Assembly: GCA_024704765.1 (NCBI GenBank)
Contig: JAKMXF010000222.1
Coordinates: 1,301,424 to 1,365,423, forward strand
From: Oopsacas minuta
Lineage: Eukaryota > Animalia > Porifera
Direction of reading: 5' to 3'
DNA length: 64,000 nucleotides
Shown: piece after piece, positions 26,006-37,100 of the stretch
Layout: every line of letters starts with the position of its first letter
How positions within the stretch are numbered: position 1 is the first letter of the stretch
The notes under the pieces: model-generated
Seen by the model: only the letters and a program-made list of their open reading frames with translations
What the model was told of the DNA's origin: nothing
Database searches by the model: none
Translations under genes and position numbers: made by a program

Positions 26006-26557
26006 ATGGCATTATCAACTCCTGCAGAATCTCTCATAAATATCTATAATTTAATAATCCCTGGTTTAGATACCTCCACTTCTGTTGGTATCGCACTATG
26101 TAGTGGTTTTAAAGAACCTATAAGCTTCCCTACACTTTTATCTAACGGACTCAATCTGTGTATTCTACGAGCTAATGTTGTAATTAGTAGAAACAACATA
26201 TTACAGTCTGTATTCAAAGCGATTTCTAACAATGCAAATGGTAAAATGAAGGCTAAAGCAATTTCCACAGAAGTCATATTCAGCTTGTCTCCGTACAGAC
26301 AGATTAAGCAGAGTCTAGCTACATTTGGAATATCAGGAATTCCTGATACAGTCTGGGTTGTATCTCTAGCAAATGATCCTAATAGTGTGATTAGTAAGTT
26401 TCTAGAATTAACTCAATCTCAATTACTAAGCCAAACAGCAGCTGAAGTAGGAAATACAGATCTTATTTACGAGATATATGGTATAACTCCAGAAGAGCTA
26501 TCTATTGGCTCACTTGAAGATGCTATTACTAATAGAATCGCTGTTAAAGATCTGTGA
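26006..26557 (+). CDS. TPRKB: EKC/KEOPS complex subunit TPRKB (CGI-121)
   Basis: AVFKA...KMKAKAISTEVIFSLSPYRQIKQSLATFGIS and EELSIGSLEDAITNRIAVKD, typical of the CGI-121 family. Confidence 0.9.
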   Translation: MALSTPAESLINIYNLIIPGLDTSTSVGIALCSGFKEPISFPTLLSNGLNLCILRANVVISRNNILQSVFKAISNNANGKMKAKAISTEVIFSLSPYRQIKQSLATFGISGIPDTVWVVSLANDPNSVISKFLELTQSQLLSQTAAEVGNTDLIYEIYGITPEELSIGSLEDAITNRIAVKDL

Positions 26558-26944
26558 TTATGTTACTTGATTAGTATCAGTTTAACTATACACGTACTTC
26601 CCCAATATCTTAATTAATTAATTAATATTACTGGTTGGTAAAAAATCTTCACGCCTATCTTCTATCATTGACATATTTTATCCTCCACAAAATAAAACTG
26701 CTTGTAAAATGAAGTTTTGTTTACAATCAAATATTGTCCAAATCTTTATCAATTGCAAGATACAAATTTTCTTCAATCAATCATATCTAGAAATTATTCG
26801 CCCCCTATTAGCCTTTGATCCGCCATGATCATATGCGTACTAATTATAATGGTAAAAATTCCATTAAATGTTTTCGTAATTTCCGTTTTGCCAGCTAACG
26901 AGTAATACTGACTTTTCACAAATAATAATCAAGCAAAAACTAGA

Positions 26945-27307
26945 ATGGTGAAAGGAATCGGTAACATTAACAAGCACAGAAGTACTGGCGGTATGATAAG
27001 GAATAGTCGTAGATTGAAACGCAAACAAAATAAACATTCAACAAATAAACGTAAGTTAAACCGTCAAAAAGCTATAAAAGAGGCATTGAATGAAAGTAAT
27101 ACAACCAAACAGCTTATCAAGCAGAATAAATCCAACCCAAATGCGAATCTTCTCATCTCTAATAAAAAGAGACGATTAGTGCTGAGGAACAGACGGATAC
27201 GTGACAAGGACAACTCTAAGATGGAAGTTACTAGACTTAATACTAAGAAGTTAATGTCTGCAGTTACAACGAAAAGTAGTAAAGATAAAATGGATGTGTC
27301 TAGCTAG
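26945..27307 (+). CDS. Basic nucleolar-type protein, C11orf98-like, 120 aa
   Basis: ANLLISNKKRRLVLRNRRIRDKDNSKMEV resembles C11orf98 [29 protein letters not shown] (recalled from memory). Confidence 0.6.
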   Translation: MVKGIGNINKHRSTGGMIRNSRRLKRKQNKHSTNKRKLNRQKAIKEALNESNTTKQLIKQNKSNPNANLLISNKKRRLVLRNRRIRDKDNSKMEVTRLNTKKLMSAVTTKSSKDKMDVSS

Positions 27308-27642
27308 ATCCTTGTATAGTATGTTTGAGATTATATTACATAATACATAGTATAAAATTACTTATCCAATTTCTACATTATTGGTATTTTAATATTTTGA
27401 TACAGGGGTGAAATTCTTTGGCCTGCTTAATAATATAAGCAGGTCTATAAGCGCTCGTCAAATTGTATCGAGGCAATCCAGCTCTGCGCTTCATGTCACA
27501 AACGGACCTCGCTCCACCAGATTTCCTTGATTATAATTCTGCATGCTGTTATTGATTATATGCACAATTTCTCTACTAATATAATGTTAAATGTATTTCT
27601 GAGTGATAATTATGCTATTAAATACAACCTGAGAGATTAGAC

Positions 27643-29409
27643 ATGTCGCAACATGCACTTCTCCCAAAAATGCCAGTACCAACTTTGGCTGATACGCTCA
27701 AAAGATTCTTAACAGCTCTGAAGCCCCTTCTAACTTACTCGAAATTCGAAGAAACTGTCCGAAAAACAGACTCATTCGCAAAAGAACATGGCCCTTATCT
27801 TCAAGATAAGCTAGTGAAATTATCAGAAGAAGTTGATAATTGGGCGGGATATGTATCCGTACATGTCAGATATCTTGCCAATAGATCTCCTCTCATATTG
27901 ACTAATGGTGCAGGCGCTACTTTTGTACCAGCAATAGGTAGTCCTGAAGAATCTATACTTACACTCTTATCATACTATATTGCTGAGACTTGTGCATTAA
28001 ATGAGAATATCCGGAATCATAAATTACCACAACAAATGTTTGATAACGAACCATTATGTATGGCACAATACAACAATCTCTTTTGTTCGTGTAGAATACC
28101 TGGTATAAAAATAGATACATTCAAGCACTCACCGCATAGTAAGCATATAGTAGTAATGTATGCAGGGAGTATGTACAAGGTACCCATGTACAGTGGAGAC
28201 AAGCTGATTAATCTGCAGGAGATTCATAATCTCCTCTCTCAGGTACTTGAACAGAGAGAAGAGGGGAAGAGTGTAGGTCTGTTAACAGCTCTGGACAGAG
28301 ACACCTGGTATACTACAAGGGCGCATTTGAAACTGTCTCCCATTAACACAGCCTCCTTAGAAATCATGGAGGGATGTATTATTGTAATTAGCATTGATGA
28401 CTTTGGAATGGCAAATTTATCTCACGGTGATAAGTTAAAGTATACAATATTCTGCGATTTCGAGAACAATTTTCCAAATTTTAATCGATGGTACGGAACT
28501 TCTCTACAAACAATAATTTCAAAAGACGGTTATTTCTGTAGCACCAATGAGCACTCACTATTTGACGGAACTATAGGGAGTGACAGAGATCAATATGATC
28601 CTGTCACTCTAATTGAAGATTCTGAGATACAATCTAATTTGAAAATAGAGTTGTTACAATGGGAAATCTCTCCGTTTATTCAATCAAAAATTGATGAATC
28701 TAGACTAGAGCTGAGCAAGATTTCTGAATACTATGATACTAAGACTTTTAATTTCCCTGATTATGGGAGGGATTTTTTTAGCAATCACGGTTTATACTAC
28801 CAAGGTTATATGCAGTTAGCTTTCCAATTGGCTTATTTCAAATTATACAATAGATTGTGTCCAAGTTATCAACCCGTTAGCCTCAGGAAGTATCGTGGCG
28901 GTCGGCTAGAACATCCTCACGTCGTGAGTGAAGAGTCGAAAGCATTTGTTGAAGCAATGGTGAACTCACAGTCAAGCAGCAAGGATAAATACAAACTAAT
29001 GAACCTTGCTTTGAACAGACACAAAGAGTTAATGGCTGATGCAAGCCAAGGACAAGCCTATTGTAAACACTTGCTAGGTCTTAAAATGTTAGCAGAGGAG
29101 GAAAATATGAATTTGGAAATATTTCAGGATGAATGTTTCAATGTGTTCACTCAACACAATTTAGCCACAAGTGGTATGCCCATTATAGTGCCTATTTTGA
29201 GTAATCATCCTGTTCATAGTGGAAATGGCCATTTTGTTGTCTTTAAACCGGAGAATGAGTCATTAAACTACAACGTTACAACTCTCGTACATTCTTCTGA
29301 ATATACAAATTCTACTGAATTTGGTTCTGCAATAGCCAAATCTTTGATTGAGATCAAACGACTTGTACTTGCCCAAGCAACTGATGGAATATTGCAATCA
29401 AAGCTGTAA
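27643..29409 (+). CDS. Choline/carnitine acyltransferase family enzyme, peroxisomal (PTS1 -SKL), intronless, 588 aa
   Basis: LPKMPVPTLADTL, PLCMAQY, NRWY, catalytic EHSLFDG, QLAFQLAYFK, HLLGL; ends QSKL. Confidence 0.9.
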   Translation: MSQHALLPKMPVPTLADTLKRFLTALKPLLTYSKFEETVRKTDSFAKEHGPYLQDKLVKLSEEVDNWAGYVSVHVRYLANRSPLILTNGAGATFVPAIGSPEESILTLLSYYIAETCALNENIRNHKLPQQMFDNEPLCMAQYNNLFCSCRIPGIKIDTFKHSPHSKHIVVMYAGSMYKVPMYSGDKLINLQEIHNLLSQVLEQREEGKSVGLLTALDRDTWYTTRAHLKLSPINTASLEIMEGCIIVISIDDFGMANLSHGDKLKYTIFCDFENNFPNFNRWYGTSLQTIISKDGYFCSTNEHSLFDGTIGSDRDQYDPVTLIEDSEIQSNLKIELLQWEISPFIQSKIDESRLELSKISEYYDTKTFNFPDYGRDFFSNHGLYYQGYMQLAFQLAYFKLYNRLCPSYQPVSLRKYRGGRLEHPHVVSEESKAFVEAMVNSQSSSKDKYKLMNLALNRHKELMADASQGQAYCKHLLGLKMLAEEENMNLEIFQDECFNVFTQHNLATSGMPIIVPILSNHPVHSGNGHFVVFKPENESLNYNVTTLVHSSEYTNSTEFGSAIAKSLIEIKRLVLAQATDGILQSKL

Positions 29410-30407
29410 TTTGACTTCAAATTTTACCTAGTTTGTAGATTTTACAAAATTTGCAGTATATGTACTTTGTTAATTCAACGAAATGTTGCACTTTCATTTT
29501 ATAGCCATTTTTATATACTTCCAATTTTGAATTTAATCACCATGTGCATATTTTAATTTCTAGTGATGTGTTAACAATCAAAGTTGGGTCCGTTCATAAC
29601 TTCATATAATAAGGATTCCGGGAGACCAATTGATTATTTTGGAATTGATTTTGGAGCTACGATAACCAGATTGGTAGGGACATAGCCTCACCAACCTACC
29701 GGTGCCCACACCCATGCATAGTAGAAAAATTCTTTCCCATTTTATAATAAACGAGTATGCTTCGCTTGCTCGTGCTGCGTGGCTTGCGGTAATTTCGTGT
29801 TTGTACTGGGCTCGGCACTTCGTGCCTAAAATTAACCTAAAGTGTAACAATATCAAAATGTATGAAATTTATATTAAACAAATGTACAAACAGACGCACA
29901 ACACACACAGTCTCATTATTTAATAATATAGATTAGGGCTTTTAAATTTCCTTCAATACGAAACTATGTAGTATAGTTAAATAGTTATGCCTCCTTCGAA
30001 TCAGAATTATATCATTTTATTGTTATGCTCTCTTTGCTGGATGAAAATATAAATATACATAACTCGTGTACAGTTTTAAAAGCGTTAAATATAGAAATAT
30101 GAGTACCGAATATCCAGCTAATTTCGCAAAAGTATATACGTAATTATGCCACATCTCAGAATTGTGAAATTCAATTCAAAATAGCATACCATTAATAATT
30201 TTCTTGACAACGGACAACAGAGTAATAAACTCTAATTGGGATTGTATAATACACGTAAATAACTTTACTCTTATCACATTATCTTACAATGGTATACAAA
30301 ACTAATACCCATTTGTATATATCTAGCACACTTTAAGGCCTAGACTACATGCTAAAAACTAAAATAACACACACACACACACACAGCATAATACCGTTTC
30401 GTTGGTA

Positions 30408-31066
30408 TTATGCTGTAGATAGGAAGAACATAGCCATAGCAGCTAGCAATAGCAACCAGCTAGTTATAGCTATAGTATCAGCTGAGCTGGTTCTAACACC
30501 TTCTGGACATGCAGTACAGTCGAATTGGATACAATCCTCAGGTAGTCTGAAGTCAGAAAATGCTGGTGCTTCGTTACTGTAGCTATTGATAGTTATTACG
30601 GTGGTTGAAAAGTAGCAGTTTCAGTGTATTCTGTGGGTAGTCCATCGACTATTACGACCTGATGCGTATTAAATATGTTGGAAACTGTGAATGTTCCAGC
30701 TGGACTTTCTGTAGCCCTTTGAAAAATATCCCAAGTGCTTTCATTGACAGAGAATGGGGATATACTCAAAGAGTCTGCTATTGTACGCACGCACGTATCA
30801 ACCGTGTTAGAGTATTCTGCTGAATCATTTACACTAGCGACCTGAACTGTAGTGGGAGTTGTGAACAATATACGTTGAGTTGAAACTACCGATTGAAGAC
30901 CCCTTGAGATGTCGTTATATACGTTGTAGCACGGGTTACTAGTTACCAAACCGAAAGTGGTTGATTCACTTGACCCTTGGAAGGAAAAGCTACCAGAGAG
31001 TTGAGGGAATTGTGCATTCGTAATGGCCAGCAGTACTATGAAGCAGAGCAACACGGCGCTGTTCAT
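30408..31066 (-). CDS. Secreted, probably GPI-anchored protein (ependymin-related-like), split by a 1-nt frameshift at ~30608-30611; ~219 aa if repaired
   Basis: Signal peptide MNSAVLLCFIVLLAITNA. One extra T in the T4 run gives TFSTTVITINSYSNEAPAFSDFRLPEDCIQFDCTACPEGVRTSSADTIAITSWLLLLAAMAMFFLSTA*, with TAA at 30408-30410. Confidence 0.65.
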
Positions 31067-32299
31067 ATTTATATCTAGAAATATTACGATTTAATATTAT
31101 TGATTTTTGAACCGAATACGGTCGAAGTGTTAGGTTAGTAATGCAAAGGAACACTAAATTTACCACTTCGTTTTAACCAATTTCCGAACCAAAAACAAGA
31201 TTTTTGACCTCATCAAATCACACATTTTCCCGGCAGTATTCTGTTAACAGAATCAAATATTATTTATTACTAGCGTGCATCGCTTGCTAGGTCGTGATTC
31301 AATTTCAACCATCTATCATTTATATTGGCTGAGCAGTGGCTAACAATGTGATTTCTCAAACTTGACTCGTCCGAACCAAGCCCAAAATACCCCTGTATGG
31401 CAAAATCAGCCCTGGGGGCCTTCCAGTTTGTTCAATCAATTTCGAACATACAAACATATATATAGAGATTAATTGCGTTTTATTAGTATGGATTACGTAT
31501 ATAACATACTATATCTGTTCCTACTTGGCTTGGAGCATATATTATTTCTTTATATATTTCAGTATTAGACTGGCTCTGATAGTTCTAGAAGGATTTTATA
31601 CTGTTCACTAATTGAGTTTAATGCAATGTGATCATTTGTACTGCCTTGAGGCTATTATGTTTGACAGCACACCGGGACACATTCTCCCAAGTCAGATTTA
31701 TCCATTACGTATGCTATCAATTATTCCTCCTGATAATGTTTTCAATCTTTATACGTACTTACGTATGCTTTCCTTCTAAATTCTTACGTATGCTATCAAT
31801 CTGTACTCTTGGTATGCTATTAAATCATAACTTCTAATCAGGATGTATTGATAGATAATTCCACGAGCCACACTAGATTTTTTCAGCGACTGAACATGGC
31901 TAATCGTGTTTCTAAGTTAGCTATGCGGGTTTTGTAATCCAGTATCTCAGTAGAGAGCGAGAGGCATTTTATAACCTTTAATGCTCGGAACATTATAATT
32001 TAACAACGAAATCAATGTTACCAGACGCTGTGTAACCTGTATCAGTAGTCTTATAGGGTATACAAACAACATAATTTAATGAATTACATCATGACCTTTT
32101 CTACAAGAATCTCCCAATATTAAATCCCGAGGCTAAATTAAGGATTCCCCATCTACAGTGGTTTAGCCCCACCACCCATATCAATTTTACAAAGCTGGTT
32201 ATCCCACTGTTAGCAGGACAAAATTCTGTTTCGGCCTCTCTTGATAGATAAATATTACTTGTATCACAGCAACTAGATTTATCCTTCCTAATATTTTTA

Positions 32300-33685
32300 A
32301 TGGCATCAATACCTCCTAACACCACTCTAAGTCTCAGCAAGGAGAGTCATGTTCTCGTGTTAGGAACTGGGTACGTAGCAGAACCCTGTATCCAGTTCCT
32401 AAACAGAGACCCACTGATAAGACTAACTGTTGCTTCCAACGAAGAATCTAAACTGAGTATGTTGGAGAAGAAATACTCCTGCAATACATGTTTACTAATA
32501 TTACCAGCTGAACGTGATAAGCTACCAGGGTTAGTACAAAAGTATGACGTCATAATTAGCCTCCTACCTAAATTCCTACATGCCATTGTTGTTGAGGTTG
32601 TTGTAGAGCAGAGAAAACATATGGTTACCTCCAGCTACGTGTCAGAGGAAATGCGTAAGTTCGATTCTCTCGCTAAGGGGAGAAATTTGATTCTACTGAA
32701 TGAAATGGGGCTAGATCCTGGTATCGATCATATGCTAGCTCTGAGAGAGATACAACAAGTACATGATCAAGGAGGTAAGATTATTAGTTATACTTCTTGG
32801 GCTGGTGGTCTCCCTGCTCCAGAGAGTGCTGACAATCCTCTCAAATATAAATTCACATGGGCTCCTATTGGTATGCTGACTAACATATGGAATCCTATGA
32901 AGTATCTGAAAGAAGGCCATATAATTACAGGAGAGGGAGGGACTGTAATAGAACATCTTGATAATATACAAGTTACAAAAGAATTGAGATTCGAAGTATT
33001 CCCTAATCGTGATTCTCTGGTATACAAAGACGAGTATAAAATACATAATGCTACTACAGTGATACGAGGATCACTCAGATACCCCGGACACATGAAGGTA
33101 CTTAATGCTCTGAAAGACCTGAAGCTAATTGACAGATCTCCTCTCCAGCACTCACACTCAAATACCTGGAGCAGTTACCTACTGAATGTACTCGGAAGAG
33201 TACAGGAAGAGAGAGATAAATTGGTTCAGATTGTTACAGAGATATTAGGAGATACAGGGTTAGTTGATGTTGTTGGGGAATTAGGACTCCTATCTGATAC
33301 ACCTATAGAGGTACTGTCCTCTCCAGTAGAGACACTAGCTCGATTCGTTGAGGATAAATACCCTCTCAAGAGTGATGAGCGTGATTTAGTAGTGCTGCTG
33401 AATACTATTGTAGCTGAGTATTCAGAGGGTGAAAGAACTCGTATAACTGCTGCTTTAATAGAGTATGGCATAGTTAATGGATTCTCCGCAATGTCTCGAT
33501 GTGTCGGATTGACAGCTGCTATTGGTTGTAAAATGGTTCTTCTAGGAATGATAGCAGAAACAGGAGTAATTACCCCTTCACATCCTCTCATTATTCAGAC
33601 TGCTCTTCAGGTACTGGAGTCAGAAGGGTTGTCATTCAAAGTTAAACGAGAGGACATTTCTCAGAAGTTACAAATGTATTCATAA
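32300..33685 (+). CDS. Saccharopine dehydrogenase (L-glutamate-forming; LYS9 / AASS SDH-domain type), stand-alone, intronless
   Basis: Rossmann VLVLGTGYVA, ISLLP..LH, HMVTSSYVS, NEMGLDPGIDHM, GGLPAPE..DNPLKYKFTW, FPNRDS, RGSLRYPG, AMSRCVG. Confidence 0.9.
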   Translation: MASIPPNTTLSLSKESHVLVLGTGYVAEPCIQFLNRDPLIRLTVASNEESKLSMLEKKYSCNTCLLILPAERDKLPGLVQKYDVIISLLPKFLHAIVVEVVVEQRKHMVTSSYVSEEMRKFDSLAKGRNLILLNEMGLDPGIDHMLALREIQQVHDQGGKIISYTSWAGGLPAPESADNPLKYKFTWAPIGMLTNIWNPMKYLKEGHIITGEGGTVIEHLDNIQVTKELRFEVFPNRDSLVYKDEYKIHNATTVIRGSLRYPGHMKVLNALKDLKLIDRSPLQHSHSNTWSSYLLNVLGRVQEERDKLVQIVTEILGDTGLVDVVGELGLLSDTPIEVLSSPVETLARFVEDKYPLKSDERDLVVLLNTIVAEYSEGERTRITAALIEYGIVNGFSAMSRCVGLTAAIGCKMVLLGMIAETGVITPSHPLIIQTALQVLESEGLSFKVKREDISQKLQMYS

Positions 33686-33763
33686 TCAGAGCAAATATTT
33701 TACCTAGTTTTAAATTATTTCTTTATATTAAATTAGATTTATCCCATTGTAATTCTATTAATT

Positions 33764-34057
33764 ACGAGCCTTTGGCTCGTCGCATTACGCCTCGAGGTAT
33801 TCAACGGACAAACAAACAAACAGACAAACAACATTTGAGATGTAATAATATTGATGTTGTTTGCAATATTCAGACTCAGCATACTCAATTACCCTAGTAT
33901 ACTCGTTAAAGTATGATTCTACCTCAATTTTGAAATTTGTTTACTTTATATTCATAAAAACAACAGTAAATTTACATATGAGACACTTGAAATGCGAAAT
34001 TCGGATTCAGCATACTTAGTTACTCCTGGGTAGCCGTTTAGAGCACACCTGTACGTA
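33764..34057 (-). mobile_element. Helitron/HINE-like family A copy 3 (reverse, partial)
   Basis: acgagcctttggctcgt hairpin and (acaa)n; carries the same internal module as 40835-40925. Confidence 0.7.
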
Positions 34058-34198
34058 TTTTTTTTGTTGATAACCCAGACCCTTATTTTTGTTAGCTAAC
34101 GCATAACTTTTGACTTAGAGTTACACTTTGCTTTAATTTATTATTCGCCCTGACCTTTCCTATTCTGAGATTCTATGAACGGTAGGGTGTAGTATACT

Positions 34199-37100
34199 CA
34201 GGCACGTAGCTACGGGGGGCAAGGGGGGGCGGTCGCCCCCCAAAAGTTTTTCTCGCCCCCCCAGATAAATTTGGAAGTTTTCGTTTTTATATACAATGTA
34301 GTTAGCTTATTAGTAATATTGCTCTATTAGCAACCAGCTTTCGGGTCCCAAACGGGATTATAATGTTAATTTCGTTGCCCTATTAGCAACCAAATCTCTG
34401 CAAAATCCGAGTTGCTAATAAGCGAACTCCACTGTAATTAATAGTCTATGTACTTCAACTGCATCGTCAAAACTATGAAATTAATAACTCGCGTTGCGAT
34501 GATGGTTTTAATACTAGACAGGAAGTAACGCTCATTGATAGTAAACTTGTTCTATTTTGACAGGCACTGAATTTCTACTATAATTTTAATTGAATTACCA
34601 CGACCGCTAGTAATTGTTGTCAGAAGTTAGACTGTCCATTGGAGTAATTGAAGCATTGGTGATGCTCTTAGGGTTTCAGTTTTCAAAGCTTGTTTTGAAA
34701 TTTACACATGAGTGAAGCCAATTTCAGATATTCTCTATAAGTTATAAAGTCATTCTATATCTCAAATCTTTCACATTTTCTGTTCTTCAATCAGTTCAGT
34801 GACTCGTATCTCTAACAATTCTAGATGACTAAAAGACTACAACAAAGCAAAGTTCAGGCATATTTTAAAAGAAATCGAATAGAAATCGAAGATCATGTCG
34901 TCTCTTCAAATTATGAGGAGGTAGAGCCTGTTGTTACGAGTCTTCAAGTTTCGACCCCTTTAACTTCCGATTTTTGTACAACTATTTCAACTCCAAGTTT
35001 AAACACGACTCATATACAATCACCAATTGTGACTGTAAATGATTTGTCCAAAAATGGTGAGAAACCGAGGCAGCCTTCTATTATCTTCCCAAAAAATAAG
35101 GCCGGTAGACATTTTAGTACTCATTGGTATGCCCAATTCTCCTGGATAGAGTATAGCAAAGAACTCGATGCTATATTTTGCCAACCGTGTCGGCTTTTTG
35201 GAGGATCAACAGCTGAAGCAACGTTTTCAACAAAAGGACTTTGTGACTGGAGGAAACTTGGCGACAAGTGCAGGAAGCACGATAGTTCTGTGTGTCATAT
35301 GGCAGCTGTTGAAACACAGAAAGTCTGGGCAATTCATCAAATAATAGGGACGGTAGATAAGCAACTGGATCCAAATTTTCGAAATGAGAAATTCATAGAT
35401 GACAATCGGAAACATTTAATGACTGTTCTTGACATTATTACTTTTTGTGCCAAACAAGATATTCCTCTTCGAGGAGATGATGAATCAGATCAGTCGCTTA
35501 ATAAAGGGAACTTTCTTGAAATATTAGAACTTTTAGGAAAATATGATAGCAATGTGACCAAGAGGATAGAAAGTCTTCCAGGAAATGCAAAAATGCTAAG
35601 TCCAGATATTCAAAATGATTTGCTTACATCACTCGCTTCAGTGCTTCTAGACTATGTTAAAAGTGAAGTAGAAATCGCGTCTTGTTATGCTATTCTAGCT
35701 GACGAAGTAAAAGATGCATCTAAGAAGGAGTTGTTAGGTGCTTCTTTGCGATATATCCATAAAGGTAATGTCCGAGAAAGAGCTATTGGCTTTATTGAAT
35801 TGAAGGACATGGATGCGGGCACCATCTCTGAAAAACTGATAGAGCTACTTAAGCCTTTTGAGCTCGATCCTCTGAAATGTGTAGGGCAGGGTTACGACGG
35901 GGCTAGTGTTATGTCAGGAATACACGGTGGTGTCCAAGCCCGCATGAAAGGAGCAGGTTATCGCAATGCCACATATGTTCATTGTGCTTCACATAGGCTT
36001 AACTTAGTATTAGCTGCAACTGCTGAACGACATCCTCTGATGAAATCTTTCTTTGATATATTGGATTTGACGTATTCGTTCATGAATGAAACAAAGCGAC
36101 ATGCAGTTTTCATAGACGTCCAGAATGAGCGCTATCCCAACGTCCAAGCTCTTGAACTTGCACGTTCACGTAGTACTCGTTGGTCTTCCCGTTCTTTGGA
36201 GGTGGAAAGGTTTCTGCGTCGGTTTGATTGCATACTTGATACTTTAAGCATATTTGGAAATGATAATGATGCAGACACAAGTTTAGCAGCTAAATCTTTA
36301 CTAGGTAGTCTACAAACAAAGAAATTTATGACCATCTTAGTTTACTTTGGTAGGCTGTATGATTACTCTGATTTTTGCACTAAAGCTTTTCAGAAGTCGA
36401 CAGCAACTGTTTCTTCTTGTTTGATATTACTTGCCGATCTGAGGGAAAGGTTGGTCAATTTCGATTTTGACAAGGTTGTCGAATATGTCAAAGATTTGTC
36501 CGGTAAATATGAAATCGAAAATTTTGATGTAAGAGACACAATCAGGCAACGGCGTCTTCCAGAAAGGTTTAGAGAAGGATATCTAAATAGCTCTGTTGGA
36601 CACACAAACGCATCCAACTTTGAAGAGCTTGAAATATTGTTACGCCAAAATGTCCGCGAGATCTTAGCAGAATTGGATGCCCGTTTTGGTACAGATCAAT
36701 CAGGCATCATGAAGGCTGCTGATTGCTGCTTACCAAGGTCTCAAAACTTTCTTAACAAACAGGAATTGAATACACTATCTGAACTGTATGCAATAGATAT
36801 CAAAGATTGTGAAATAGAAGTTTTCCGTTCGTTTATTGCTCGGAAAGATGAATCTCAGCTAAATACTTTGATCGATGTACTGGATGTGATTGACAAAGAT
36901 ATTTTCCCTGATGTTTTCAACTTATACCAAATTCTTGTGACTATCCCTCAGACGTCTTGCAAGGTTGAGAGAATGTTCTCATCTATTAAGAGAATAAAAA
37001 CACGTTTGCGCTCACAAATGACCACTGAGCGTCTCAACCATCTTGCCCTGTTATCTATTGAAAAAGATATTGCAGAAACACTTTGTTATAATGATGTGAT

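Noticed and set aside
30596-30615. Programmed ribosomal frameshifting in the secreted gene
   Set aside because: No X XXY YYZ slippery heptamer or obvious stimulatory structure; a homopolymer indel is more parsimonious.
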